A DNA stretch of 31,851 nucleotides from Promethearchaeota archaeon (lineage in GTDB: Archaea > Asgardarchaeota > Hermodarchaeia > Hermodarchaeales > Hermodarchaeaceae), in NCBI GenBank assembly GCA_048938295.1, contig JBHLMI010000028.1, forward strand, positions 1 to 31,851, given 5' to 3'. Of the stretch, positions 1 through 8,813 are shown one piece after another (position 1 is the first letter of the stretch; every line of letters starts with the position of its first letter). A program made the position numbers and the translations under genes. A model generated the notes under the pieces. It saw only the letters and a list, made by a program, of their open reading frames with translations, made no database searches and had not been told where the DNA came from.

Positions 1-1121
1 TCGAGGAACACAATTGTGGGAGGGATTGTTCCGTCGCGTCTTAGGTCAAACAAATATCGGAGAACAGCATCGACGATAATTTGTTTCTTTTGAAGGCTCA
101 CTGTTTCACTCATATCCAGAATGACTCCATGACCTGGGTTCATTAGCTTCTGCCATTCTGGTGTTGCTGTCTTACCAAACATGTTGAGGCTTTGGAGGTT
201 ATCGAGCCACCCCAGGAGCGCTTCACGTGTTCGTGTGTTAATTGATGGATCCTTTTCCAAGGCGGTAATCAGATCACCCAAATCATAAGGTTGGCCCTTT
301 CGCACACTTCGCAAAGTCCGAATAATTCGTGAAAGTTCGCGAACTTGGATGGTTCCCATATCGGGAGAATAGGCTGCAAAGGATTTTGCGTTCATATACG
401 GTGTCGCTATTTCGACAAGAGGACTTCGAATGACCGAAAGGCGGTCTTCAACAGTTAATCCTTTGATTTCCAGAGCATCAGCCAATCCCACGTATTCACC
501 GTGAACGTCAATGATGAGAATGGCTGGACGGCCAAGCGAGGGCTTTCGTGTCAAGAGCTCCTCTATCATAACCGATGCCGCGTAGCTCTTGCCTGCACCA
601 CTCATCGCCAATAACGCCACATGCTTCTGAAACATCTTAGTCAAATCGAAAGTTGCTGGGATGCGATGGAACAATAGGTCTCCAAGATGAATTCCGTCTT
701 TCGAGAACCCTAGGAATCGGGAGAGGATGTTAGGGTCAGGTGAGGAAACAATAGCGCCCGGTGAGGGTGGATAGGTAATTCGTTGAATTCGATCCTGCTC
801 GAAAATTCCTAGTGGCTTTGCGTTGGCTAGGATGTATTCCCACCGATCAATGGGGAAAATTGCCCCAAATGGTTTGCCTGAGCGTGTAAACTCATGGACA
901 GCGTCAATTTGTGAGAAGTAGCGGTTGGTCTTATAGACTTGTTCGACATGGGCCATCACCAACCCCTCTTCGGTTTCTACAGACACATACTGCCCCACGT
1001 GAACAGGAATTTGTCCAACTGCTGTGGTTGAGGTATTGCGATTGCCCACTACAAATGAGATTTGTTCAGTTGATGGGCCGTCCTCTGTACACACAATTGT
1101 TCCAAGCGGTTCAGCGTTCAT
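1..1121 (-). CDS. herA: HerA DNA translocase/helicase (5' part; runs off the window edge)
   Basis: Not in the ORF track; translated by hand from ATG at 1121 (MNAEPLGTIVCTEDGPST...) and open to base 1. It has an N-terminal HAS-barrel-like region, KHVALLAMSGAGKS Walker A (about 585-620), the ILIIDVHGEY motif, and Walker B starting (IVFLE) at the edge. It lies directly downstream of nurA. Confidence 0.9.
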   Translation of the reverse strand, partial: MNAEPLGTIVCTEDGPSTEQISFVVGNRNTSTTAVGQIPVHVGQYVSVETEEGLVMAHVEQVYKTNRYFSQIDAVHEFTRSGKPFGAIFPIDRWEYILANAKPLGIFEQDRIQRITYPPSPGAIVSSPDPNILSRFLGFSKDGIHLGDLLFHRIPATFDLTKMFQKHVALLAMSGAGKSYAASVMIEELLTRKPSLGRPAILIIDVHGEYVGLADALEIKGLTVEDRLSVIRSPLVEIATPYMNAKSFAAYSPDMGTIQVRELSRIIRTLRSVRKGQPYDLGDLITALEKDPSINTRTREALLGWLDNLQSLNMFGKTATPEWQKLMNPGHGVILDMSETVSLQKKQIIVDAVLRYLFDLRRDGTIPPTIVFL

Positions 1122-1141
1122 TCATTTCAACTCCATCTATT

Positions 1142-2320
1142 CTAATGAAAGGGCATCCTCTCACGTCTGAGTTTCAATATACTCTCCGGGTATCCAATCC
1201 GATTGGCAAGCTGTGAGAACAGAAAATCAAGATCCCGTTCGATTAATCGAGCTTGCGAATCTGCATCAATGAGGACAGTAGGGAGAGCAAACCCTTCATT
1301 ATCGGAAGACATTGGTAACAACATTGCACTTACCTTTTCAACGACTCGGACTGGGTCATAGGATCCCGCAAAGACTTCAATTCGTAAAGGGTAATCAAAT
1401 TTCGCGGTTCGAAGATAGATACAGACGAGGTTCTTGTTATTACTGGAATTATCAGTTGATGATTCTGGCGTTTGGTCTTTATTGAGCTCGTTTAGTCGCA
1501 GAATCGGTGAGCGCTCTCCCACATCAAGAATCCTGAAGAATAAGTCTGTATCATAACTGGTTTGTAGAATGGATCGATAATCCATCTGTAGTAATGGTTT
1601 CAGCACTGGGTATCGGGAGATCAAGTGTGGCAGGATTTCACCGAGGATTTTAATAAATCGCTGACTGCGACTATCTTTAACGACACCGGCAAGAAGGGTT
1701 CCGGTTTCTAGAGTTTTCTCAAAGAGGGTCTCGTATAACTGCTTGATTTGTTTGTATTTTGGTGAAAACAATGAGTTGTTGGAAGGCCGGTCACTAATAT
1801 GAGGTCGTAAGGAGCCATCTAGAAGAAGTAACTCCATAGGATGATGGTCTTGGACTCGGATTGCCAACTCAAGTTCTGCTTTAGCTCGCTCAAGGGAAGC
1901 ACTGACATCGGCTTCTCGCAATGAGCTGGGATTCAATTCAACTTTGATTTTTGGAACTATTGTTTTTTCTGGAAAATAAGTCACTGATACTCGATTCGAT
2001 GGGGTATATTCGAAGATTGTGGCACATGCTCGGGTGATTATTAACTCGATTCCTCGTAAGGTTTTCTTGAGTAACCCTCCGTCAATTCCGCAAACACGAA
2101 GCCCTCTTAATTCCGTGAGTCCCACTTTTCGAGCTAACTGGTCATCCACCAGATGCTTCTCTGCCAGCGGTAGGTTATCATGGAGATTGAAACTGCTGCG
2201 GTTAGCTCGAAGAATAGAAGCAAACGCGTTCCGTTTTTCTTCGAGAGATTTAATCTGCTCCGCAATCTTCTGAATCTCTTCGTCTAATACCCAAAGCTCT
2301 TGAATCGCTTTCATGATCAT
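1142..2320 (-). CDS. nurA: NurA 5'-3' nuclease of double-strand break end resection
   Basis: VCGIDGG and LLLLDGSL catalytic Asp motifs, GVVKDS motif, C-terminal GFxLPxxLIDAD. Co-oriented with herA, 20 bp apart. Confidence 0.88.
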   Translation of the reverse strand: MIMKAIQELWVLDEEIQKIAEQIKSLEEKRNAFASILRANRSSFNLHDNLPLAEKHLVDDQLARKVGLTELRGLRVCGIDGGLLKKTLRGIELIITRACATIFEYTPSNRVSVTYFPEKTIVPKIKVELNPSSLREADVSASLERAKAELELAIRVQDHHPMELLLLDGSLRPHISDRPSNNSLFSPKYKQIKQLYETLFEKTLETGTLLAGVVKDSRSQRFIKILGEILPHLISRYPVLKPLLQMDYRSILQTSYDTDLFFRILDVGERSPILRLNELNKDQTPESSTDNSSNNKNLVCIYLRTAKFDYPLRIEVFAGSYDPVRVVEKVSAMLLPMSSDNEGFALPTVLIDADSQARLIERDLDFLFSQLANRIGYPESILKLRRERMPFH

Positions 2321-2397
2321 AGTCCTCGCGCAATTCTGTTAAGAAGAATAGTTAAAGTCTAAAATTAAAGTCTGGTAAAACACTAAAAACGCAACAA

Positions 2398-2964
2398 ATG
2401 TCACTCAATCTTCCTCATCTGCAGGATGCGCAGAATCTCCTGAAGAGAGCTGTTACCGATTCGCAGGTATTGAAACACTGTCAGGCTACTCGACAGAAGG
2501 CTCTGAAGATTGCTAGGCAAGTCGCGTCGAAAATCTCCGTCAATTTTCACTTACTCGAACTTGGGGCGCTCCTTCATGATATTGGCCGTGCCAGGACTCA
2601 CGATGTGACCCACGGTTTTGTTGGAGGACAGATTTTGTTTGAGCATGGGTACCCAATGAGTCTTGTGTTGATTGTAGAAAGACATGTTCTGGGAGGATTT
2701 ACAGCACTTGAAGCCATAGCGTTAGGGCTCCCAAGACGAGATTTCCTCCCTCAGTCTTGGGAAGAGAAAATCGTGTGTGTCGCCGATAAACTGGGTGTAT
2801 TTGAGTACGACGAAATTGAGTATCCAAAGAGATGGTTGCCTAGCTTGGACAGTCGGTTTGCGGAGCTTACTAGACGATATGGAGTGGCTAATCCTTTTCT
2901 AGCCTCCATGCAGCGAGCTAGAAATTATACCGCAGAATTGATTGCACTGGCCATCGAAGAATGA
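2398..2964 (+). CDS. HDIG-type HD-domain metal-dependent phosphohydrolase (archaeal TIGR00295-like)
   Basis: HC...ALLHDIGRARTH...HG...IVERH...LGLP...EEKIVxxAD pattern. Confidence 0.8.
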   Translation: MSLNLPHLQDAQNLLKRAVTDSQVLKHCQATRQKALKIARQVASKISVNFHLLELGALLHDIGRARTHDVTHGFVGGQILFEHGYPMSLVLIVERHVLGGFTALEAIALGLPRRDFLPQSWEEKIVCVADKLGVFEYDEIEYPKRWLPSLDSRFAELTRRYGVANPFLASMQRARNYTAELIALAIEE

Positions 2965-2968
2965 CATG

Positions 2969-3757
2969 TTAGGGACTCAAAATAATAGCCAGCATCGGGG
3001 GATAGATGATCAACGCAGTAATGAACAGTATCAGAGCAGTTAGAAGGGGAACAGTGAGATTATCCGCACCCTTTGGACTTACCCCTTCGATTACCGTTGC
3101 CGAGAACGCACAGACCAAACTAAGTATTGTTACCTGGATAATACTAAAAATCGGTAAACCACCCGAGGCGAAGATGTCTAGGAAAGCCCAGCAGATCCAT
3201 GCACCGATAAAGGATGCAGAAAAGACAGCAATTGACCCTGCATAGCTTCTTGTGGCATTACAAACCGTATACTTGCGCTTTCCGTATTTTGCGCCGATAA
3301 GTGGCGCAACACCGTCCCCAAGATACATGGCAGTAAGAGCCATCGCCGCGAGTACGTAGAAAGGTGTTAGAGAAGAAAGTAATGTGCAAAACGATACAAG
3401 GATTGTAATCGATATGGCATACAGAAACGGACCCCAAATATGACCCGAAAGATAATCTTCATCACGTGCCATAACTTCAAACATACCCCTCAGACTTTTC
3501 ACTGGGCTTTTTGGAGATGCAAGAAAAATGAGGATTAAGAAGGACACAGCTACGATTATTGCCGCCCAAGAATTGGTATAAAACGGAACTGTAAACACAG
3601 AGAAGCCAGCGAATAAGTGTATGAATTTCCGCGTCATCGCTGGTGGATAATTACCCAATCGCCGCAAAGCTTCTCCGATGGCTAAAACCGAAATGACCCA
3701 GATATAGGCGATTGCTAAGACTATGAGATCAATAGAGGTAGGGAATGATTGCAGCAT
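2969..3757 (-). CDS. Polytopic membrane CTP-dependent kinase of the phytol/farnesol/dolichol kinase (cytidylyltransferase-like) family
   Basis: Multiple hydrophobic helices with RKFIHL, GDGxAxLIGxxYG, RSYAGS and DNLTVPL motifs. Confidence 0.7.
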   Translation of the reverse strand: MLQSFPTSIDLIVLAIAYIWVISVLAIGEALRRLGNYPPAMTRKFIHLFAGFSVFTVPFYTNSWAAIIVAVSFLILIFLASPKSPVKSLRGMFEVMARDEDYLSGHIWGPFLYAISITILVSFCTLLSSLTPFYVLAAMALTAMYLGDGVAPLIGAKYGKRKYTVCNATRSYAGSIAVFSASFIGAWICWAFLDIFASGGLPIFSIIQVTILSLVCAFSATVIEGVSPKGADNLTVPLLTALILFITALIIYPPMLAIILSP

Positions 3758-3853
3758 ATCTGACCACCTGAATCAATCGCCTCGCGTCTTGTCCTTCAAT
3801 CTATTTAAAATCGTAGGAGCCATCAAAGATGCTTTAAGGCGAGAAGTATTTCT

Positions 3854-4600
3854 ATGGATATAATGAATCAAAGTGCAAATGAGAACCTGCTTCGTAGTAT
3901 CGCTGGCGAAATCACCTTAGCTGAGAACCCCGGTCGAGTAATGAAAAAATGGCGTGAACAATTTAATATCGCTCAACATGAGCTAGCTTTGCATCTCAGT
4001 ATTTCTCCATCTGTAATTAGCGATTATGAGAGCGGGAGACGAAAATCTCCACGAGTTGAAACAATTAGAAAATTCGCTCAAGGCCTCATCGAGATTGACG
4101 AAAGCCGGGGTGGTCAAATCGTCAGTGCTTTCATTCGGCTCCTCGGACAAGAGATACCCTCTGAGATTCTTCTCGACATTCGTGAATTTCCCGCAGCAAT
4201 TCCTGCACAACTACTCATAGATCATCTTGAATGTAAGACGATTGTTCCGGATACGGTTCCGGATCGTGAAATCTTCGGATATACCACGGTTGATAGTCTC
4301 CGGGCGATTCTTCAGCTTACACCAGACCAAATGGTCAAACTCTATGGAGCGACACCAAATCGTGCAGCCATTTTTACTCATGTAAGTACAGGGCGGTCCC
4401 CCATGGTCGCTATTCGTACATCACAAATGGGGCTAGGTTCAGCGGTTCGCCCATCGATTGTGATTCTACAGGGACCGAGAAAGGTAGATCCAGTAGCCAG
4501 CAAGATTGCCAAGGTTGAAAACATACCCTTGTATCTGTCTCTCTTCAAGAAAACTGAGGATCTTATCCGCAGGCTTCGCAGTTTCAAACTAGAGGTGTAA
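3854..4600 (+). CDS. XRE-family HTH transcriptional regulator (archaeal COG1709-like)
   Basis: IAGEITL...MKKWRE.F.I.Q.ELA..L.ISPSVISDYESGRRKSP HTH; C-terminal DSLRAIL...LYG...IFTHVSTGRSPMVAIR. Confidence 0.8.
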   Translation: MDIMNQSANENLLRSIAGEITLAENPGRVMKKWREQFNIAQHELALHLSISPSVISDYESGRRKSPRVETIRKFAQGLIEIDESRGGQIVSAFIRLLGQEIPSEILLDIREFPAAIPAQLLIDHLECKTIVPDTVPDREIFGYTTVDSLRAILQLTPDQMVKLYGATPNRAAIFTHVSTGRSPMVAIRTSQMGLGSAVRPSIVILQGPRKVDPVASKIAKVENIPLYLSLFKKTEDLIRRLRSFKLEV

Positions 4601-4608
4601 TCGAGGAC

Positions 4609-5376
4609 TTGCACGCGCTTTACTTTGTTGGAACCGCGGGCTCTGGAAAATCAACGCTTACGAATAGCCTTGCACGCTGGTTACGTGATGCGAAATTAAG
4701 TGTTGGTACTGTCAATCTGGATCCTGGGGTGTTACACCTTCCGTATGGCCCTGACATCGATGTCCGTGACTTTATCTCACTCCAAGGAGTTATGGAAAAA
4801 TACAATCTAGGACCTAATGGAGGATTAATTGCAGCAATTGATCTCATAAGTTCTCATCTAGAGGCACTGGAAGAGGAAATCAGGGACCTAGGCGTTGATT
4901 TTCTACTCTTTGATACACCAGGACAAATCGAGCTGTTTGCATTCCGTGAAACCGGACCAATAATTGTCCAAAGTCTAGCTGAAGAAAGTCGAATGCTTAT
5001 CTACCTAGTTGATGCCGCGTTAGCAAAAACGCCCGCAGGGCTCATTTCCTCTCTTCTACTCGCGGCATCAGTGCTGGTTCGCTTTCATCTTCCTCAACTC
5101 AATGTCCTATCTCGAACAGATCTATTGGATAAAAGCGAAAGTGAACGATTGAATGAATGGCTCAATGATAGTAATCAACTAATCTATGATCTCCAACAAA
5201 CACGCAACGAGTTACAAATCGAACTCTCTAGAGAACTGGTTGAAATGATTCAAACAGTTTTTTCAGGCCTCGACATGGTTCCGCTGTCCGCTTTGAATAT
5301 GGAAAATCTTGACCTATTATTCTCCCACATCTCGAACACCTTGATCGGTGGAGACGGCTTTGAACTATTTCGGTAA
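4609..5376 (+). CDS. GPN-loop GTPase (XAB1/GPN family)
   Basis: GTAGSGKST P-loop, NLDPG, DVRD, GPNGG signature, DTPGQIELF. TTG start preceded by GAGGA. Confidence 0.9.
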   Translation: MHALYFVGTAGSGKSTLTNSLARWLRDAKLSVGTVNLDPGVLHLPYGPDIDVRDFISLQGVMEKYNLGPNGGLIAAIDLISSHLEALEEEIRDLGVDFLLFDTPGQIELFAFRETGPIIVQSLAEESRMLIYLVDAALAKTPAGLISSLLLAASVLVRFHLPQLNVLSRTDLLDKSESERLNEWLNDSNQLIYDLQQTRNELQIELSRELVEMIQTVFSGLDMVPLSALNMENLDLLFSHISNTLIGGDGFELFR

Positions 5377-5439
5377 ACTTGTTTTACTAAAAAGTTTTAA
5401 TTTGACCTACGGTGATGTATCAAAAACCTGGTGAACTAG

Positions 5440-6153
5440 ATGCCAAAAGTTGATGACATCATTGCACTTGCTCAAACAGAAAATCGAACGTACTTACTGG
5501 AAAACGAATCAAAAACCATTATTCAAATCTACAAACTTCCTGTAGCCAAATTTAAAATAGCAGAAACCGAAGACGAGGCTGTGAAAGCGGCAGACACAAT
5601 TGGATATCCTGTTGTTCTAAAGATATTGAGTCGCGATGTTATTCACAAAAGTGATGTCGGCGGCGTAATCATTAATGTCAAGGATGCAGATGCTGTTCGT
5701 GAAGGGTACCAATCTATCATATCAAACGTTCAGAAGCATGTGGAACATGCACGAATTAAGGGAATATTTGTGGAAGAGTTCGTCCCCGCAGGTGTTGAGG
5801 TTATCATAGGAGCAATAAAGGATCCTCAATTTGGCCCTGCGTTAATGTTTGGTTTAGGCGGCATCTTTGTCGAAGTACTCAAGGACGTAAGCTTCCGAGT
5901 TGCTCCAATTACGAAATATGATGCACAGGAGATGCTTCACGAAATCAAAGGGTATCCTATCTTAACCGGTGTACGAGGACAAGAACCACGGGATACTGAA
6001 GCATTAGTGGATATTCTACTTAAGATTTCGAAGTTAGTAACAGATTATCCTGTTATTAACCAACTCGATTTGAATCCGGTTTTTTCCTATTCTAAAGGCG
6101 CTAAATGCGTAGATGCTCGGATAATTTTGGAAGAATCCAATGAATCTAAATAA
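5440..6153 (+). CDS. acdB: ADP-forming acetate/acyl-CoA ligase beta subunit (ATP-grasp)
   Basis: IGYPVVLKI.S.DVIHKSDVGGV (the His is phosphorylated in this family), DPQFGP.LMFGLGGIFVE, LDLNP, DARII. Confidence 0.85.
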   Translation: MPKVDDIIALAQTENRTYLLENESKTIIQIYKLPVAKFKIAETEDEAVKAADTIGYPVVLKILSRDVIHKSDVGGVIINVKDADAVREGYQSIISNVQKHVEHARIKGIFVEEFVPAGVEVIIGAIKDPQFGPALMFGLGGIFVEVLKDVSFRVAPITKYDAQEMLHEIKGYPILTGVRGQEPRDTEALVDILLKISKLVTDYPVINQLDLNPVFSYSKGAKCVDARIILEESNESK

Positions 6154-6280
6154 TCTTGACAGTTTGTATTGCAACCGCTCTTCGGTCAGTGTAAAGCTCC
6201 GTTAGTTTTAAAAATCCCTCTTCCCTACACCCTCACACTCAGGAAATCACGTTAGACGTTTTCTTGTACAAGGTGGTATT

Positions 6281-7150
6281 GTGGCCGAGGACACGGTCTT
6301 GCAACTCGCTGAAATCAATCGGCTTACAGCTTCTCTGCGTGAGAAGCGTGATGAGCTAAACACTGCCGCTCAGCAGTTAGTTAAGGAAAGGGACAAACTT
6401 AACGGACAAGTCGCCGAGTGGCTGAAGAGGGCTCGTGACCACCGTGAAAAACGTGACGAGTATAATCAAAAGGTTGCCGAGTTCAAGGTAAAACGGGACG
6501 AAATCTACGCGAAACTTAAAGATAAAATCGATGAGCGACAAGACAACGAAAATGAACCTGAAGAGGAAAAAAGGAAACCAACACCTCCAATTCATGTGCT
6601 TCGACGTAAAATCCGTGAGCTTGATTGGTCTCTTCAAACCCAAGTTTTAGATTTGAAACATGAGCGTGAAATCATTGAGCAAATAGCAGAGCTAGAATCC
6701 GAACTCAAGGTTTCTGAAGAAGCTGCGGAGAAGCGCAAAGAGAGTGCAAAGGCGCGAACTGAAATCGATGATCTGCGGCTTCTAATGAATGCACACCACA
6801 ATTCGGTTCTCGAGTTTGCTCGATTATCCCAAGAAGAAAATCAGCTCATGATTGAAGCATATGCTGAAGTAGATGCGCTTCGAAAAAAGGCTGATGAATC
6901 ACATCGGCAGTATCTCGAAACACGGCGCGAAGCTGATGAGACTCATCGTCGATATATTGAGTCCAAACAAAAGAACAATCGACTGAGAAAAGAGCTGGGC
7001 GAAATACGTATACGACGGCGAGTTGAAAAAATCCAAGAACTGGAAGAGCGACTAGAGGAAAAAGCGGCTGCAGCTCTCGAAAAACACAAGCGTGGGGAAC
7101 GCCTTACACTGGAAGAATTCACGCTTCTTATGAAACGTGGCTTACTTTAA
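6281..7150 (+). CDS. Archaeal long coiled-coil protein (COG1340-like)
   Basis: E/K/R-rich heptads throughout, LExxxQT-like central WSLQTQVL, and C-terminal GERLTLEEF. GTG start with GGTGG upstream. Confidence 0.72.
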   Translation: MAEDTVLQLAEINRLTASLREKRDELNTAAQQLVKERDKLNGQVAEWLKRARDHREKRDEYNQKVAEFKVKRDEIYAKLKDKIDERQDNENEPEEEKRKPTPPIHVLRRKIRELDWSLQTQVLDLKHEREIIEQIAELESELKVSEEAAEKRKESAKARTEIDDLRLLMNAHHNSVLEFARLSQEENQLMIEAYAEVDALRKKADESHRQYLETRREADETHRRYIESKQKNNRLRKELGEIRIRRRVEKIQELEERLEEKAAAALEKHKRGERLTLEEFTLLMKRGLL

Positions 7151-7156
7151 CGCGTA

Positions 7157-7573
7157 TTAATGAGTGACTGGAAGCACAAGATCTGCAGCGTGCTGTAGAC
7201 CTCTATTTACCTTATCTGACGTGTAAAGCAAAATCACTTCTTTTCCTAGTTCTCTTGCACGGCTTAGCAGTAACAGGAGATTCTCATTTTCAGTAGCAAT
7301 AGCTAGCGTTTCGATTTTTTCATTATAAATGAGTTCCATGGCTTCAAGGGCCAACTGGATGTCAAGGTCGTCATGGACAATAACAGGAATGAAACCTTCT
7401 TGAGCAATCACTTTAGAAAATTCTACAGCTTCCTGTTGACGAACTACCACCTTACCTATCTTTATATCACCAATCTCTTCTAAGATTGGTCGAAGTTTAG
7501 ATAGTATCTCTGAAAGACCGGATGAAACACTACTATCAACCAATAGCGCCATTGCGGCCTTCTTATCCTTCAT
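7157..7573 (-). CDS. NYN/LabA-fold protein (TIGR00288-like) with degenerate active-site motifs
   Basis: ALLVD, G.IKIGKV, EGF.P, DLDIQLALEAMELIYN, A.ELGK.V, LQHAAD.V match the family pattern. GGAG RBS upstream; 12 bp downstream of uppS. Confidence 0.7.
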   Translation of the reverse strand: MKDKKAAMALLVDSSVSSGLSEILSKLRPILEEIGDIKIGKVVVRQQEAVEFSKVIAQEGFIPVIVHDDLDIQLALEAMELIYNEKIETLAIATENENLLLLLSRARELGKEVILLYTSDKVNRGLQHAADLVLPVTH

Positions 7574-7585
7574 ATCAAAAATCTC

Positions 7586-8359
7586 CTAGTTACCAAATCG
7601 TCGATCTCTTCGTTGGTACGTACGTATCGCTCGCCAAAAATCAATCTTCCGAATTTCTGGCCAGTAAACGTCAGCAAAATAAAGCTCTGAATATGCTGAT
7701 TGCCATAATAGAAATCCTGACAATCGTTCCTCTCCCGATGTTCGAATAATCAACTCCGGATCTGCAATCCCCGCTGTGTAGAGGTGTTTTTCTATGGTTT
7801 CATCTGAAATCTCTGAGGGATCTAGTGTGCCACTACTTACTTTTTCTGCAATGCTTCTCACAGCATCAACTATCTCTGTTCGACCACCATAGCCTATCGC
7901 CACATTCAATTGGAAATTATTATATCCTTTCGTGGCTTCCTCTGCTTCTCTAATCGCCGTGATAACTGATGGGGGAAGTAGGGTCAGCTGCCCAATCGCG
8001 CGAACCCGCACTTTATGGCGGTGGACTACTTCTGATTGAGCTACGGTTTCAAATCTTTGACGGGCTAGTTCCATAATGTGTTCGACTTCTTCTTCCTTGC
8101 GTGAGAAATTTTCTGTAGAAAAGACGTAAATAGTAACGACCTTAACTCCTGCTTCGAAACACCAATCTAGCACTTCATCGATTCGGTGTGCTCCTATTGT
8201 GTGCCCAAAGCTACTATCTTGGCTTTGTTCTTTTGCGTACCGGCGGTTCCCGTCTAAAATTATCCCTACATGCGTTGGCATTGGCTTGTCCTTAACTTGG
8301 CGCCAAAGATACCAAGAATACAAGTGATAGATAGGTCCGATTAGATTGGTCACCAACAA
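7586..8359 (-). CDS. uppS: cis-prenyltransferase (polyprenyl diphosphate synthase)
   Basis: HVGIILDGNRR, GHxxG, YVFSTENFSR, GYGGRTEI, IRTSGEERLSGFLLWQSAYSELYF, C-terminal RRFG. Start is TTG or GTG at 8353-8359. Confidence 0.93.
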   Translation of the reverse strand: MLVTNLIGPIYHLYSWYLWRQVKDKPMPTHVGIILDGNRRYAKEQSQDSSFGHTIGAHRIDEVLDWCFEAGVKVVTIYVFSTENFSRKEEEVEHIMELARQRFETVAQSEVVHRHKVRVRAIGQLTLLPPSVITAIREAEEATKGYNNFQLNVAIGYGGRTEIVDAVRSIAEKVSSGTLDPSEISDETIEKHLYTAGIADPELIIRTSGEERLSGFLLWQSAYSELYFADVYWPEIRKIDFWRAIRTYQRRDRRFGN

Positions 8360-8374
8360 GTCTCCGAATAGAGC

Positions 8375-8400
8375 GAAAAGTTCGAGGTATATAACTTTTC
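8375..8400. promoter_or_regulatory. 8-bp inverted repeat bracketing the uppS TATA box
   Basis: GAAAAGTT (8375-8382), 10-nt spacer, AACTTTTC (8393-8400). The minus strand reads GAAAAGTTATATACC, a BRE/TATA-like element about 30 nt above the uppS start. Confidence 0.45.
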
Positions 8401-8422
8401 TTTTTAAGAAACTTCTAAGTTA

Positions 8423-8806
8423 TTATCGGTTCAACTTCTTGGCAATTTTTTTTGCTGCGCGTTCCATATTGATAAAAACTAGTCCAAGCCCAGCAAGGCT
8501 TTCCGTGTTGGTACTCACCATTAGTACCGAATCCGGTCCTGCTGCAACCATGATTACTGCCCCGGTACTTCCCTGAGCGAAAACTTGGCTTAATGCACCT
8601 TTCCCTAAATCAGACGCAGCGCGTTCTCCTACAGTAAGCAAGGCGGCGCTCATTGCTGCGAGTAATGTTTCATCATACTCTTCCGGAAGCTTTGCAGCAA
8701 TGGGTAGCCCATCAACACCCACAACAACCGCTGCTTCAATCTCTTCAACTGACTCAGTAAGACTCTCCAATATCTTTTCAATTTCAGGAGAACTGGGTAT
8801 CATCAA
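8423..8806 (-). CDS. Roadblock/LC7 (MglB-like) protein RB1
   Basis: IEAAVVVGVDGLPIAA...DETLLAAMSAALL.VGERA..DLG.G.L.QV....G...LGLV roadblock pattern. 7 bp downstream of the GTPase. Confidence 0.9.
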   Translation of the reverse strand: MMIPSSPEIEKILESLTESVEEIEAAVVVGVDGLPIAAKLPEEYDETLLAAMSAALLTVGERAASDLGKGALSQVFAQGSTGAVIMVAAGPDSVLMVSTNTESLAGLGLVFINMERAAKKIAKKLNR

Positions 8807-8813
8807 TTTAACT

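Noticed and set aside
911-1216. 101-aa plus-strand ORF, and the other short track ORFs overlapping called genes (e.g. 19698-20060, 17184-17540, 29297-29587)
   Set aside because: Antisense or off-frame shadows of herA, nurA, tfb, hypE, glmS and others, with no family motifs.
6281-7150. Long coiled-coil protein as a possible cytoskeletal or tethering eukaryotic-signature protein
   Set aside because: It matches a widespread archaeal coiled-coil family, and composition alone gives no specific eukaryotic link.
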